From Candidatus Fervidifonticultor quintus (GTDB lineage Bacteria > Sysuimicrobiota > Sysuimicrobiia > Sysuimicrobiales > Humicultoraceae): a stretch of 34,683 bases of DNA. The stretch spans positions 1 to 34,683 of the forward strand of contig JAVKIJ010000030.1 in NCBI GenBank assembly GCA_031459535.1, in the 5' to 3' direction. Shown here in pieces: positions 9,066-19,977 of the stretch (positions within the stretch are counted from its first letter, which is position 1; every line of letters begins with the position of its first letter). Under the pieces are notes generated by a model. It did no database searches and was not told where the DNA came from. It worked only from the letters and a program-made list of their open reading frames with translations. The position numbers and the translations under genes are program-made.

Positions 9066-10527
9066 ACCAGGCAGCCGTTACCTGATGTGGGGAGGCCGGT
9101 TCGCCGAGGCTCCTGATTCCCGCTTGGCGTCTCTGCTCACCGCCCTTCGGACTGACCGCCACCTCCTGCGCTGGGACCTGCTGGGCAGCCTGGCGCACCT
9201 GACCACCATGGCCGAGGCGGGCGTGATCCCCCCCACAGAGGCGGCCACGATCGGCCGCGCCCTACGAGAGATGCTCGCTGAGGCCGACGCTGGCCGGCTG
9301 GTTGCAGAAGGTCCGTACGAGGACGTGCACACGTTCATCGAGGCGACCCTGGTCTCGCGAATCGGCGGCGCCGCGGGCTGGCTGCACACCGGGCGCAGCC
9401 GCAACGACCAGGTGGTCACCGCGTTCCGGCTCGACCTCAAGCACCGCCTGCGTGCGCTCGTCGCCGCGGTGACCGCCCTGCAGGAGACGCTGCTCGAGCG
9501 CGCCTCCGAGGTGGAAGGGGTGATGCTGCCCGCCTACACCCACCTGCAGCGCGCTCAGCCGGTGCTCCTGGCGCACCACTGGCTGGCCCATTTCTGGATG
9601 CTGCGCCGCGACGTGGGACGGCTCCAGGACGCCTACCGCCGCATGGATGTCTGCCCCCTGGGGTCCGGCGCGATCGCCGGGACTGGATTTCCCGTCAATC
9701 GGGATCGCCAGGCGGCGCTGCTGGGACTGGGCGGGATCACCGAGAACAGCGTGGACGCTACAGGCGATCGCGACTTCGTTTTCGAGGCGCTCGCTGCGGT
9801 CGCCGCGTTGCTCCTGCACGGGTCTCGATGGGCTGAAGAGCTGATCCTGTGGCATGCGCAGGAGTTCGGGTTCATTGAGCTGCCGGACTCGCTCCTGACC
9901 GGCAGCAGCCTGATGCCGCAGAAACGCAACCCCGACCTGCTGGAGTTGGCTCGCGCCCAGGCTGGCGTGGCCCTGGGCGCCCTGGTCGCGCTGGGCGGTA
10001 CTCTCAAGGGCCTGCCGCTGGGGTACAACCGGGATCTCCAGGAGGACAAGGCCGCGGCCCTGACCGCGTTCGACGCCGCGGACCTGGCGGTCGGGGCTCT
10101 GAGGGCCGCGGTGGCGGGCTTGACGGTACGGCGCGACCGGATGGCGGCGGCCCTGCGCGGCGGGTTCCTCACCGCCACCGACGTGGCCGACTACCTCGTG
10201 CGGCGCGGCGTGCCCTTCCGCGAGGCGCATCACCTGGCCGGTCAGGCGGTTCGCGCCGCTGAGGCCACGGGGTGCGAGTTGTGGGAGCTGCCGGTGGCGA
10301 CCTACCAGCAGATCTCCCTGCACTTCGATGCAGGGGTGCTCGAGGCCGCAACACCCCAGGGCGCCGTCGCGGCCAAGGATACGCCGGGCGGAACCGCTCC
10401 AGGCCAGGTCGCCCGCGCCCTGGCCGAGGCCCGGTCCGCCGTGGCCGTGCAGCGGGCGTGGGTGCAACAGATGGACTCCAGACAGCGCGCGGCCGAGGCC
10501 CGGCTCCTGGAGGCGGCACCCGGATAA
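9049..10527 (+). CDS. argH: Argininosuccinate lyase
   Basis: [44 protein letters not shown]. Start may be GTG 9049 or ATG 9085. Confidence 0.97.
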   Translation: MSPSAEPGSRYLMWGGRFAEAPDSRLASLLTALRTDRHLLRWDLLGSLAHLTTMAEAGVIPPTEAATIGRALREMLAEADAGRLVAEGPYEDVHTFIEATLVSRIGGAAGWLHTGRSRNDQVVTAFRLDLKHRLRALVAAVTALQETLLERASEVEGVMLPAYTHLQRAQPVLLAHHWLAHFWMLRRDVGRLQDAYRRMDVCPLGSGAIAGTGFPVNRDRQAALLGLGGITENSVDATGDRDFVFEALAAVAALLLHGSRWAEELILWHAQEFGFIELPDSLLTGSSLMPQKRNPDLLELARAQAGVALGALVALGGTLKGLPLGYNRDLQEDKAAALTAFDAADLAVGALRAAVAGLTVRRDRMAAALRGGFLTATDVADYLVRRGVPFREAHHLAGQAVRAAEATGCELWELPVATYQQISLHFDAGVLEAATPQGAVAAKDTPGGTAPGQVARALAEARSAVAVQRAWVQQMDSRQRAAEARLLEAAPG

Positions 10528-10536
10528 GAGGACCGC

Positions 10537-11001
10537 ATGCGGGAACGCGAACAGCGCATCCTAGAGATTGTCGGCCGGCGGTCCATCGCGACGCAGGCCC
10601 AACTGGTCGCGGCGCTGCGCGCCGCCGGCATTGGGGTGACGCAGGCTACCGTGTCGCGCGACATCAAGCGGCTGGGCTTGGTGAAGCTGCCGGCCGGAGA
10701 CGGCACGTACCGGTACCAGGTTCCGGACTCGGCCCGACCCCCGGCCGCCGAGATCCAGGCGCGGCTGCGCCGGGCCTTCCAGGAGTTCGTCATCGCTGTC
10801 GATGAGGGGAGCGGGCTGATCCTGGTGAAGACCACGACCGGCAGCGCCGGCGCGGTCGCTGAGGCCATCGATGAGGCCTCCTGGCCAGAGGTCGCGGGCA
10901 CGATCGCGGGAGACAACACGATCCTGGTGGTTCCCCGAAGCGGCCGGGTCAGAGTCAAGGTTGTCGAACGCCTGCGCAGGCTCTCGCAGCCCGCCCCCTG
11001 A
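10537..11001 (+). CDS. argR: Arginine repressor
   Basis: TQATVSRDI DNA-binding helix and GTIAGDNTI arginine-binding motif. Confidence 0.97.
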   Translation: MREREQRILEIVGRRSIATQAQLVAALRAAGIGVTQATVSRDIKRLGLVKLPAGDGTYRYQVPDSARPPAAEIQARLRRAFQEFVIAVDEGSGLILVKTTTGSAGAVAEAIDEASWPEVAGTIAGDNTILVVPRSGRVRVKVVERLRRLSQPAP

Positions 11002-11057
11002 CCAGGGGAGGAGCGGCCCCCCCAGCCGCCGAAGGCACACCCCACCGGGAGGTCCGA

Positions 11058-12049
<992 letters not shown>

Positions 12050-12053
<4 letters not shown>

Positions 12054-14164
12054 GGCGGGGGGCGAACGGCCGACTGGGGTTCGCCGTGCGGGTCAGACCG
12101 CGGCCGCTGTGGGCCCGACGGCTGTTGATCGGTGCCGCCACGCTGGTGGCCCTGGTTGTCATCATCGGAACCGACTACCTGCCCCCGGCCCTGTCCATTC
12201 AGGTGGGGCAACCCAGCCCGCGGGACCTGGAGTCCCCCCGATCGGTTGAGTTCGTGGATCAGGCCCGCACCGACGCGCTGAGAGCGGAGGCGATGCGGTC
12301 GGTACCCCCGGTGCTGCGCCACTCGCCCGCGCAGGTAGCGGCCTCGCTCGCAGCGGCCACGGCGGCGTTCGACGCCATCGAGACCAGCAGGCTCGCTTCC
12401 TTGGAGCCGCTGGCCGGGCGAACGGAGGCGATCCGGCAGGCCGTCGGCCTGCCGCTCTCGAAGACGGCGGCGGCTGCCGCCGCCGTCTCGTCACGCCAGG
12501 CGCTGGCCGCTGCCAGGCGGGCCAGCCTGGCAGCTGTGGAGCAGGCGCTGGGCGAAGGCGTACGCGACGACACGCTGCCCATGGCGCGCGAACGGGCGCG
12601 GAACGCGGTGCGTAGCGCGGGCCTTCCTCCCGAGCTGGCCGCCCTGGCGGCCGAGGTGGCGGTCGCAGTGCTGCGCCCGACCATGGAGGTGGATGCCACG
12701 CGCACCGCCGAAGTGCGGTCGGCCGCCGCCAACATGGTGCCGCCGGTTCGGACCAGGGTGCTGCGGGGCGAGAGCATCCTGCGGCGGGGCGACGTGGTCA
12801 CACCCGCGCATCTCCAGGTCCTGGCGGTGACGGGCATCTACCCGCCGCGCGTGAGCTGGCCAGGTATCGTGGGCCTGGTCGTGATCGTGGGCCTCCTGCT
12901 GGGCGCGACAGGCGTCTACCTTTCGCAGTTTCAGCCTGAGGTCTGGGGCGATGATCGCCTGGTGCTGCTTTGGAGCCTGATCGTCGTGAGCATCGTGGCC
13001 CTGGCCCAGGCACTCGGCGCGCCCCGGTTCAGCAACTACCTGGCGCCCTCGGCAGCCGGGTCCATGCTCCTCGCCATCCTGCTGCGGCCGCGCGTGGCCC
13101 TGTATTCCACGGCGATCCTGGCCGCGCTCGTGGGCCTGACGGCGGGCCGGGAGCTCGCGCCGGTCCTGGTGGCGTTCACCGGCGGACTCGTCGGCGTCTA
13201 TACCACCCGCCAGATCCACCGGCGGTCCGACTTCGGCGTGGCGGGGGTGATGGTCGGACTAGCCAGCGCGCTGACAGCGGTCGGGGCCGGCCTCCTGGAG
13301 GGGTCCACGGAGTACCGCGTGCTGGCGGCCAACGCCGGCTACGCTCTGGGCAACGGATTCCTGGCGGCGGTGGTGACCATCGGGGTGCTGCCGTTCCTGG
13401 AGCAGCTCTTTGGGATCGTGACGCCCATCAAGCTGCTCGAGCTGGCCAATCCGGCCCATCCGCTGCTGCGCCGGCTCCAACTGGAGGCGCCGGGCACGTA
13501 CCACCACAGCATCATGGTTGGCAACCTGGCTGAGGCCGCCGCGGAGGCCATCGGGGCCGACGCGCTGCTGGTGCGCGTGGGCTGCTACTACCATGACATC
13601 GGAAAGCTGCGGAGGCCAGCCTTCTTCGTCGAGAACCAGATCGGGATGGAGAACCCCCACGACAAGATGACGCCCAGCCTCTCGGCCTTGACCGTCAGCG
13701 CTCATGTGCGCGACGGCCTGGAGCTGGCGCGCGAGTACGGCCTGCCCCAGGCCGTGGCCGACTTCATCCCTCAGCACCACGGCACCGCGCTGTTGACCTA
13801 CTTCTTCCACCAGGCGCTCGAGCGCGGGGAGCCATTCGACGAGACGGCTTTTCGGTACGACGGTCCAAAGCCGCAGACCCCGGAGACGGCCATCGTGATG
13901 CTGGCGGACGCTGCCGAGGCGGCGGTGCGCGCCCTGTCCCGGCCCACACCCGACCGGCTGGAGGACGTGCTGCGGCGGCTCATACGGGACAAGATGGAGG
14001 ACGGGCAGCTCGACGAGTGCGGGTTGACGTTCCGGGACCTGGACCGGGTCACCGCGGCCTTCGTCCGCATTCTCAGCGGGGTCCTGCACCCCCGGCTCGA
14101 ATATCCTGACCTGGAAGGAGAACTGGTGCGGCGGCGCCGTGAGCCGACGGCCAGACCGCGATAG
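12050..14164 (+). CDS. pgpH: 7TM-HD (HDIG) phosphohydrolase, PgpH-like putative c-di-AMP phosphodiesterase
   Basis: N-terminal TM, extracellular domain, about 7 TMs, then [30 protein letters not shown]. Same phoH-X-ybeY position as Bacillus pgpH (yqfF). Confidence 0.85.
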
Positions 14165-14167
14165 CGC

Positions 14168-14614
14168 GTGCATGTGCACATCGTCAGCCGGGGCGTTCGG
14201 CACTCGATCCCGCGTCGCTGGTTGATCCGGGCGGCGGAGGCGGCGATGCGAGCCATCGGCGCGCGCCCAGACGCCGAGCTGGAAGTCGCGCTCACCGACG
14301 ATGCCACCGTCGCGCGGATCAACCGTACGTTCCTGGGGCACCGCGGCCCCACGGACGTCCTCACGTTCCCCGGCGACGAGCGGTCGGGGGAGCGAGTCAT
14401 GGGTGAGATTGTCATCTCGGTCGAGCGCGCCCGGGTCCAGGCCCGCCGCGCCGGCTGGCCCGTGCGCCAGGAGGCGGCGCTACTGCTGGTGCACGGGGTG
14501 CTGCATCTAGGGGGGTTCGACGATCGGTCGGCCCGGGCGGCGGCGCGGATGCGGCGCATGGAGCGGTTGGTGTTGCAGCGGGCGTTCGGCGAGGATTGGT
14601 CTCGTGCGCCATAG
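14168..14614 (+). CDS. ybeY: rRNA maturation endoribonuclease YbeY
   Basis: INRTF..PTDVLTFP, GEIVIS, VHGVLHLGGFDD; conserved context. Confidence 0.92.
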   Translation: MHVHIVSRGVRHSIPRRWLIRAAEAAMRAIGARPDAELEVALTDDATVARINRTFLGHRGPTDVLTFPGDERSGERVMGEIVISVERARVQARRAGWPVRQEAALLLVHGVLHLGGFDDRSARAAARMRRMERLVLQRAFGEDWSRAP

Positions 14615-15086
14615 TCTCTGGCAGAGCTTTCAGTTTGCCGGGCGAGGGTTGCAGGCGGCGTTCTGGTCGCAGCGTACGATGCGGGTCCACATGGCTCTGG
14701 CTGTCGCCGTGGTGGCCGCGTCGGCCTGGCTGCAGCTCTCCGCGGGGCAGGTGGCGCTGCTGGTGCTCAGCATGGCGGCGGTGCTGGCCGCCGAGTTGAT
14801 GAACACCGCGGTCGAGACCATCGTGGACCTGCTGGTGGGTGACAACCGTCACGAACTGGCTGGTCGGGCCAAGGATCTCGCCGCGGCAGCGGTGCTGGTC
14901 ACCGCGGCGGGTGCCGCGGTGGTGGGACTCGTGGTGCTGGTCCCGCCGGTGGCGGCCGCCATCGGCGCGGGCCGGCTGGGGGCGCTGGTGGTCGGTCGGG
15001 CGGCGACGCTGGCGGCGGTGCTGGCGCTGGTGGCGGTCATCCTACGCGGGGTCGGCGGTCGCGCGGCGGCTACGTCTGCCAAGTGA
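14604..15086 (+). CDS. dgkA: Prokaryotic diacylglycerol/undecaprenol kinase family protein
   Basis: SFQFAGRG, AELMNTAVETIVDL, AKDLAAAAV; TM helices; ybeY-dgkA order. Confidence 0.9.
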   Translation: MRHSLWQSFQFAGRGLQAAFWSQRTMRVHMALAVAVVAASAWLQLSAGQVALLVLSMAAVLAAELMNTAVETIVDLLVGDNRHELAGRAKDLAAAAVLVTAAGAAVVGLVVLVPPVAAAIGAGRLGALVVGRAATLAAVLALVAVILRGVGGRAAATSAK

Positions 15087-17089
15087 GGGAGTCGGTGGCC
15101 GCAGGTCTCCCGCATGCCGCTTCGGTGGTCGGGGAAGCCATCTCGCCCGCCGAGATCGAGCGGATTCTGCGCGAGGCCGAGCCGGAGTACGGCTACCGGC
15201 GGCTCGCCGGATTCTGGGCCCACGTGGTCTCGACCATCGCCGTCGCGATGGCCTTGTTCCACATCTACACCGCCCGATTCGGCACGCTGGAGGCCCTGCG
15301 GCAGCGCTCGGCCCACGTGGCCTTCGCCCTGTCCCTGATCTTCCTCCTGTATCCTTTCCGCAAGAGGCACGCCGCAACTGCCCGTGTGGGGGTGTTCGAT
15401 ATCCTGATGGTGGTTGCCGGCGTGCTGCCGATGCTCTATCTGTTCTCGAATCTCACGGCGCTCACGTACCGGGCCGGCAACCTGACCCGGACCGATCTGA
15501 TCATGGGCGTGCTGGGCATTCTCGTCGTACTGGAAGCCGGGCGCCGCATGATGCAGATCCTCCCGCTCATCGCCCTGGGTGCTCTGGCCTACCCGTTCGT
15601 GGGCCCGTACCTGCCCGGGGCCCTGGCCATCGCCCGGATCTCGCCGCAGCGCGTCATCGAGCAGATGTTCTACACCACCGAGGGGATCTTCGGGATCCCC
15701 ATCGGGGTGTCGGCCACGTTCGTGTTCCTGTTCGTGCTGCTGGGTGCCTTTCTTGAGAAGACCGGGTTGGGCCAGCTCTTCGTGGATGTCGCCATGGCCC
15801 TGGCCGGCTGGATGACCGGCGGACCGGCCAAGGTGTCGGTGCTTTCCAGCGCCTTCATTGGCACCGTCTCTGGAAGCTCCGTGGCCAACGTGGTTGCCGA
15901 CGGTGTCTTCAACATCCCGCTCATGAAGAAGCTTGGCTACTCACCCCGGTTTGCTGCCGGGGTTGAGGCCGCGACCTCGGTGGGAGGGCAGATCGTGCCG
16001 CCGGTCATGGGCGCGGCCGCGTTCGTCATGGCGGAGTTTCTCGGGATTCCGTACCTGACCATCGCCAAAGCCGCGGCGATTCCGGCGGCGCTGTACTACC
16101 TCTCCCTGGGGTTCATCATTCACTTCGAGGCGAAACGGCTGGGCCTGGCCGGGCTGCCCAGGGATCAGCTGCCGCGGATCGGCGAGATCTTGCTGCGGAG
16201 GTTCTACCTGGTCATCCCCCTGGTGGTCCTGGTCGGCTTCCTGCTCCACGGCGCGAGCCCCATGCGGGCCGCGTACTGGGGGATCGTGGTGGCCGCCGGC
16301 GTCCACATCATCACCTGCGCGCTCGAACGCCGCCTCCTGAGCTGGCCCACAGACATCTGGAACATCCTGGTGCACGGGTCGCGTCTGGCCCTCCCGGTCG
16401 CGGCCGCCACGGCTGTCGTGGGGATCTTCATCGGCATCATCACGCTATCCGGTCTCGGCCTGGCATTCGTGAGCCTCACGGTGACCCTGGGGCAGAACAA
16501 TCTCTTCCTGACCCTGGTCTGGATTATGATCGCCTGCACCATCGTGGGGTCGGGCATCCCCACCACGGCGACCTATATCATCCTGGCTGCGATTGCCGCG
16601 CCGGCGCTCATCCAGATGGGCGTGGCACCCCTGGCCGCGCACATGTTCATCTTCTATTTCGGGGTCATCGCCGACGTCACGCCGCCCGACGCCCTGGCGG
16701 CCTACGCCGCGGCCGGCATCGCCAGGACCGATCCGCTGAGAACCGGGTTCACGGCCACGCGCCTGGCACTGGCAGGCATCATGGTGCCCTATGTGTTCGT
16801 GTACTCGCCGACGATCTTGCTCCAGGGCGGCAGCACGGCCGACATTCTCATCACGGCCGCGACGGCGCTGGTGGGGATCATCGCCCTCTCCGGTGCCGTC
16901 TCGGGATACCTCTTCGCCGTGGCGTCGTGGCCCGAGCGCACGGCCCTGGCCGCGGCGGCCACCAGCCTCGTGTTCCACGATGTGCGGGCCGACGTGGTCG
17001 GTGGGGCTCTGTTAGGCCTGGTGTGTGCGTGGCAGCTCCTCCGCCGGCGTCGCGCCGGCGCGCCGGTGCCGCCGGGCAGGAGTCCATGA
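15083..17089 (+). CDS. TRAP transporter fused 4TM/12TM permease (TAXI type)
   Basis: Very hydrophobic 668 aa. EGIFGIPIGVSAT, GGPAKVSV, SGSSVANV, GGQIVPPVMGAAAFVM, GIPTTATY, DVTPP motifs. Confidence 0.93.
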   Translation: MRESVAAGLPHAASVVGEAISPAEIERILREAEPEYGYRRLAGFWAHVVSTIAVAMALFHIYTARFGTLEALRQRSAHVAFALSLIFLLYPFRKRHAATARVGVFDILMVVAGVLPMLYLFSNLTALTYRAGNLTRTDLIMGVLGILVVLEAGRRMMQILPLIALGALAYPFVGPYLPGALAIARISPQRVIEQMFYTTEGIFGIPIGVSATFVFLFVLLGAFLEKTGLGQLFVDVAMALAGWMTGGPAKVSVLSSAFIGTVSGSSVANVVADGVFNIPLMKKLGYSPRFAAGVEAATSVGGQIVPPVMGAAAFVMAEFLGIPYLTIAKAAAIPAALYYLSLGFIIHFEAKRLGLAGLPRDQLPRIGEILLRRFYLVIPLVVLVGFLLHGASPMRAAYWGIVVAAGVHIITCALERRLLSWPTDIWNILVHGSRLALPVAAATAVVGIFIGIITLSGLGLAFVSLTVTLGQNNLFLTLVWIMIACTIVGSGIPTTATYIILAAIAAPALIQMGVAPLAAHMFIFYFGVIADVTPPDALAAYAAAGIARTDPLRTGFTATRLALAGIMVPYVFVYSPTILLQGGSTADILITAATALVGIIALSGAVSGYLFAVASWPERTALAAAATSLVFHDVRADVVGGALLGLVCAWQLLRRRRAGAPVPPGRSP

Positions 17090-17166
17090 CCGCCGACCCG
17101 AAGTGCACGCGCGCCGGTTCCAGCCGGCGGCGATCGTGTTCATCGCTTTCGTGGGGAGGGATACGT

Positions 17167-18144
17167 GTGAAGACACGGTGGCTCGTGCTGGTGACCGCGG
17201 TGTTCGTGGTGGCCAGCAGCGCGGGACCAGGCGTCGCCCAGCCTGTTCGCCTCCTGTCGCTTGTGACCGGAGGGACCGCGGGTGTCTACTTCCCCCTGGG
17301 TGGCGCCATGGCCGAGATCTGGAACAGCAGGGTGCCCGGCGTCCGCGTGGCGGCCCAGAGCAGCGGCGCGTCCGTGGCCAATATCCAGTTCCTGGCCCGG
17401 GGCGATGCGCAACTGGCGCTGGTCCAGAACGACATCGCCTACTACGCGGAGAAGGGGACCGAGACGTTCGCGGAGCCCGGCTCGAACCGACCACGACCCG
17501 TGCCGGGCATCCGCGGCATCGCCATGCTGTACCCGGAGACGATCCAGATTGTCACGCTCAAGGCCAAGAACATCAGGAGCGTGGCCGATCTGGTCGGCAA
17601 GCGGGTGGTCGTGGGCGCCGCGGGTAGCGGCACCGAAGCCAATGCCCGCCAGATCCTCTCGGTGCACGATATCTACTACCGCATGATCAAGCCCGACTTC
17701 CTGTCGTTTGCCGCGGGCATCGATCAGCTCCGCGACGGGATCGTGGATGCCGTGTTCATCACGGCCGGTGTGCCCACAGCAGCCGTTACAGACATCGCGT
17801 CGTCCCGGGAGATCCACATCGTGCCCATCGGTGACGACGCGCTGGCGGCGCTGCGGGCCAGGTGGCCGTTCTACACCCGGCACGTCTTCCCGGCCGAGAC
17901 ATACCGGGGCCTGGCTGGCCCAGTCTCCACCGTGGCGGTGATGGCCATGCTGGTGGCCCGGGCAGATCTGCCCGACGACCTCGTCTACAACCTGACCAAG
18001 GCGTTGTGGGAGAACCTGGACCGGATGCGGGCGGCCCACGCCCGGGGCCGGGACCTGGACCTGACGAAGGCGCTTGAGGGCATGCCGATTGCCGTTCACC
18101 CGGGTGCCGAGCGGTACTACCGGGAGAAGGGTGTCCGCAGATAG
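17167..18144 (+). CDS. TAXI-family TRAP solute-binding protein
   Basis: GTG start after GGGGAGGG, signal peptide, TGGTAGVYFP, GASVAN, QNDIAY, LYPE, GSGTEAN, HPGAERYY. Confidence 0.93.
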   Translation: MKTRWLVLVTAVFVVASSAGPGVAQPVRLLSLVTGGTAGVYFPLGGAMAEIWNSRVPGVRVAAQSSGASVANIQFLARGDAQLALVQNDIAYYAEKGTETFAEPGSNRPRPVPGIRGIAMLYPETIQIVTLKAKNIRSVADLVGKRVVVGAAGSGTEANARQILSVHDIYYRMIKPDFLSFAAGIDQLRDGIVDAVFITAGVPTAAVTDIASSREIHIVPIGDDALAALRARWPFYTRHVFPAETYRGLAGPVSTVAVMAMLVARADLPDDLVYNLTKALWENLDRMRAAHARGRDLDLTKALEGMPIAVHPGAERYYREKGVRR

Positions 18145-18626
18145 GCCGACCTCTTGGGCTGGCGATTCTGATTGCCGTCGCTGCGGTGACCCTCACCGCG
18201 GCGACGCTGCTTGTGGGGTCGGCGGGGCTCGAGATCGTCGTGACCTCCACCGACGGGAGGCGTCTGCACGTCCCGGATGTGCAGGCGGGGGAACGGATAG
18301 AGTTGCGCTACCGGCACTCGGTGGAGCGCACGCCGGTGATCGAGATCTTCCGCGCCGAGCGCGACGGACTGTGGTTCGAGGAGATGTGGTTCGTCTCTCA
18401 CGGCGCCGGGTTGCCCACCGCCGGGTACACCAGAGAAGGAGGTCGCTTCGTCCTGCGCGAGCGGAAGCGCATCGGCGACCTACCGTTGATGGTCGCCACC
18501 ACCGCCGACCAGCGGCTACAGGTCGCCGGACGAGAGATCCCTCTGGCGGCCTTCGGCGAAGGCGCCAGGGTATCGGTGTCCGTGAGGCACACCGGCAGGG
18601 CGCTGCGGTGGCCGTGGGAGAGGTAG
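18141..18626 (+). CDS. DUF1850-like protein associated with TAXI-TRAP
   Basis: LRYRHSVERTPV and GAGLP motifs typical of DUF1850; next to TAXI genes. Start uncertain: ATA 18141 proposed, first canonical start is GTG 18186. Confidence 0.8.
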   Translation: MGRPLGLAILIAVAAVTLTAATLLVGSAGLEIVVTSTDGRRLHVPDVQAGERIELRYRHSVERTPVIEIFRAERDGLWFEEMWFVSHGAGLPTAGYTREGGRFVLRERKRIGDLPLMVATTADQRLQVAGREIPLAAFGEGARVSVSVRHTGRALRWPWER

Positions 18627-18630
18627 ACGC

Positions 18631-18641
18631 TGTGCTATAAT
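18631..18641 (+). promoter_or_regulatory. Extended -10 promoter upstream of the CNNM/CorC gene
   Basis: TGTGCTATAAT, a perfect TGnTATAAT, in an intergenic gap of GC-rich DNA. Confidence 0.75.
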
Positions 18642-18693
18642 TGCACCGGTTCTGCAGGGCCGCCCTGGCCCCAAAGGCAGGCAGTGTAACTCC

Positions 18694-19974
18694 TTGGACA
18701 CATCAAGTACAGCGTACGCGGTCCAGCTGGCCCTCATCGCGCTGTTGTTGCTGCTCCTGGCGTTCTTCTGGGGCTCGGAGACGGCCCTGCTTGCGGCGAA
18801 CCGCCTCAGGCTCGAGAACCTGAAGGAGAGGGGGAGCGCGCGCGCGCGTGTGGCCCTGCAGCTCACCGAGCGGCCGGCCCAGCTCCTCTCCACGGTGCTG
18901 ATCAGCAACAACGTGGTGAACACAGGGCTGGTCGTGATCGCCACCATGGCGCTCGTGACCCTGCTGGGATCCGAACGCGGCCCGCTGGCCGCGTTCGCCT
19001 TCTCCACAGTGGTGTTGATCGTCGTGGAGATCGTCTCTAAGTCTGTGGCGGCCCATCATGCCGATCGGCTGGCCCTGCTGGCCGCGAGGCCCGTCCACGT
19101 CCTCTCGCGGCTGCTGGCCCCCCTGATCCGGGTCCTGTCCTTTGTCACCAACCTGATGTCGCGCCCGTTCGGCGGCCACGTGCGACCCGACGCCCCCATG
19201 GTGACCAGCGAAGAGATTCAGACCCTGGTGCGCATGGGCGAGGAGCAGGGCGTGCTCGAGCAGGACGAGCGCGAGATGATCCACTCGATTTTCGAGTTCG
19301 GCGATACCGTGGTGCGCGAGGTCATGGTGCCGCGGGTCGACATGGTGGCCGTCGAGGCCGATGAACCCGTGGAGTCCCTCCTGGAGATCGTCCGCACCTA
19401 CGGGCACTCCCGCATTCCGGTCTACGACGACACGGTGGATCACATCATCGGGCTGGTCCATGTGAAGGACCTGCTGGCGGGCTCCACCGATGGCCGTCTT
19501 ACCGGCACGGTGCGAGGCTTCGTGCGGCCGGCCTATTTCGTGCCCGAGACCAAACGGCTCGACGAACTCTTCCGGGAGATGCGGCGCAAGAAGGTCCACA
19601 TGGCCATCGCCGTGGATGAGTATGGGGGGACGGCGGGCCTGGTGACCATCGAGGATCTCCTCGAGGAGATCGTCGGCCCGATTCAGGACGAGTATGATGT
19701 CGAGGAGCCGCCCATCAAGGTCATCAACGATCGCGTGGCCCTCGTGGATGGTGCCGTGCACCTGGAGGACGTCAACGCCGCTCTGGGTATCGAACTGCCC
19801 GCCGGCGAGGTGGACACGGTGGGCGGGTTCGTGACCAGCCTGCTGGGCCACGTACCGACCCAAGGCGAGCGCGTGAGCCACGACGGGGTGGAGTTTGCCG
19901 TGGAGCAGGTGGACGGGCACCGCATCGTCCAGGTGCGGGTGACGAAGGTGCAGCAGGCTCCGGCGGTCGATTGA
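18694..19974 (+). CDS. CNNM(DUF21)-CBS-CorC_HlyC protein ('hemolysin family'), probable Mg2+ export
   Basis: AFFWGSETAL TM domain, VREVMVPR, HSRIPVY, VDEYGGTAGLVTIEDLLEEIVG, C-terminal CorC domain. TTG start. Confidence 0.92.
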   Translation: MDTSSTAYAVQLALIALLLLLLAFFWGSETALLAANRLRLENLKERGSARARVALQLTERPAQLLSTVLISNNVVNTGLVVIATMALVTLLGSERGPLAAFAFSTVVLIVVEIVSKSVAAHHADRLALLAARPVHVLSRLLAPLIRVLSFVTNLMSRPFGGHVRPDAPMVTSEEIQTLVRMGEEQGVLEQDEREMIHSIFEFGDTVVREVMVPRVDMVAVEADEPVESLLEIVRTYGHSRIPVYDDTVDHIIGLVHVKDLLAGSTDGRLTGTVRGFVRPAYFVPETKRLDELFREMRRKKVHMAIAVDEYGGTAGLVTIEDLLEEIVGPIQDEYDVEEPPIKVINDRVALVDGAVHLEDVNAALGIELPAGEVDTVGGFVTSLLGHVPTQGERVSHDGVEFAVEQVDGHRIVQVRVTKVQQAPAVD

Positions 19975-19977
19975 GCC

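Noticed and set aside
18642..18657. TGCA-N7-TGCA after the CNNM promoter as a third ARG box
   Set aside because: Wrong spacing and a GC-rich centre, unlike the boxes at argC.
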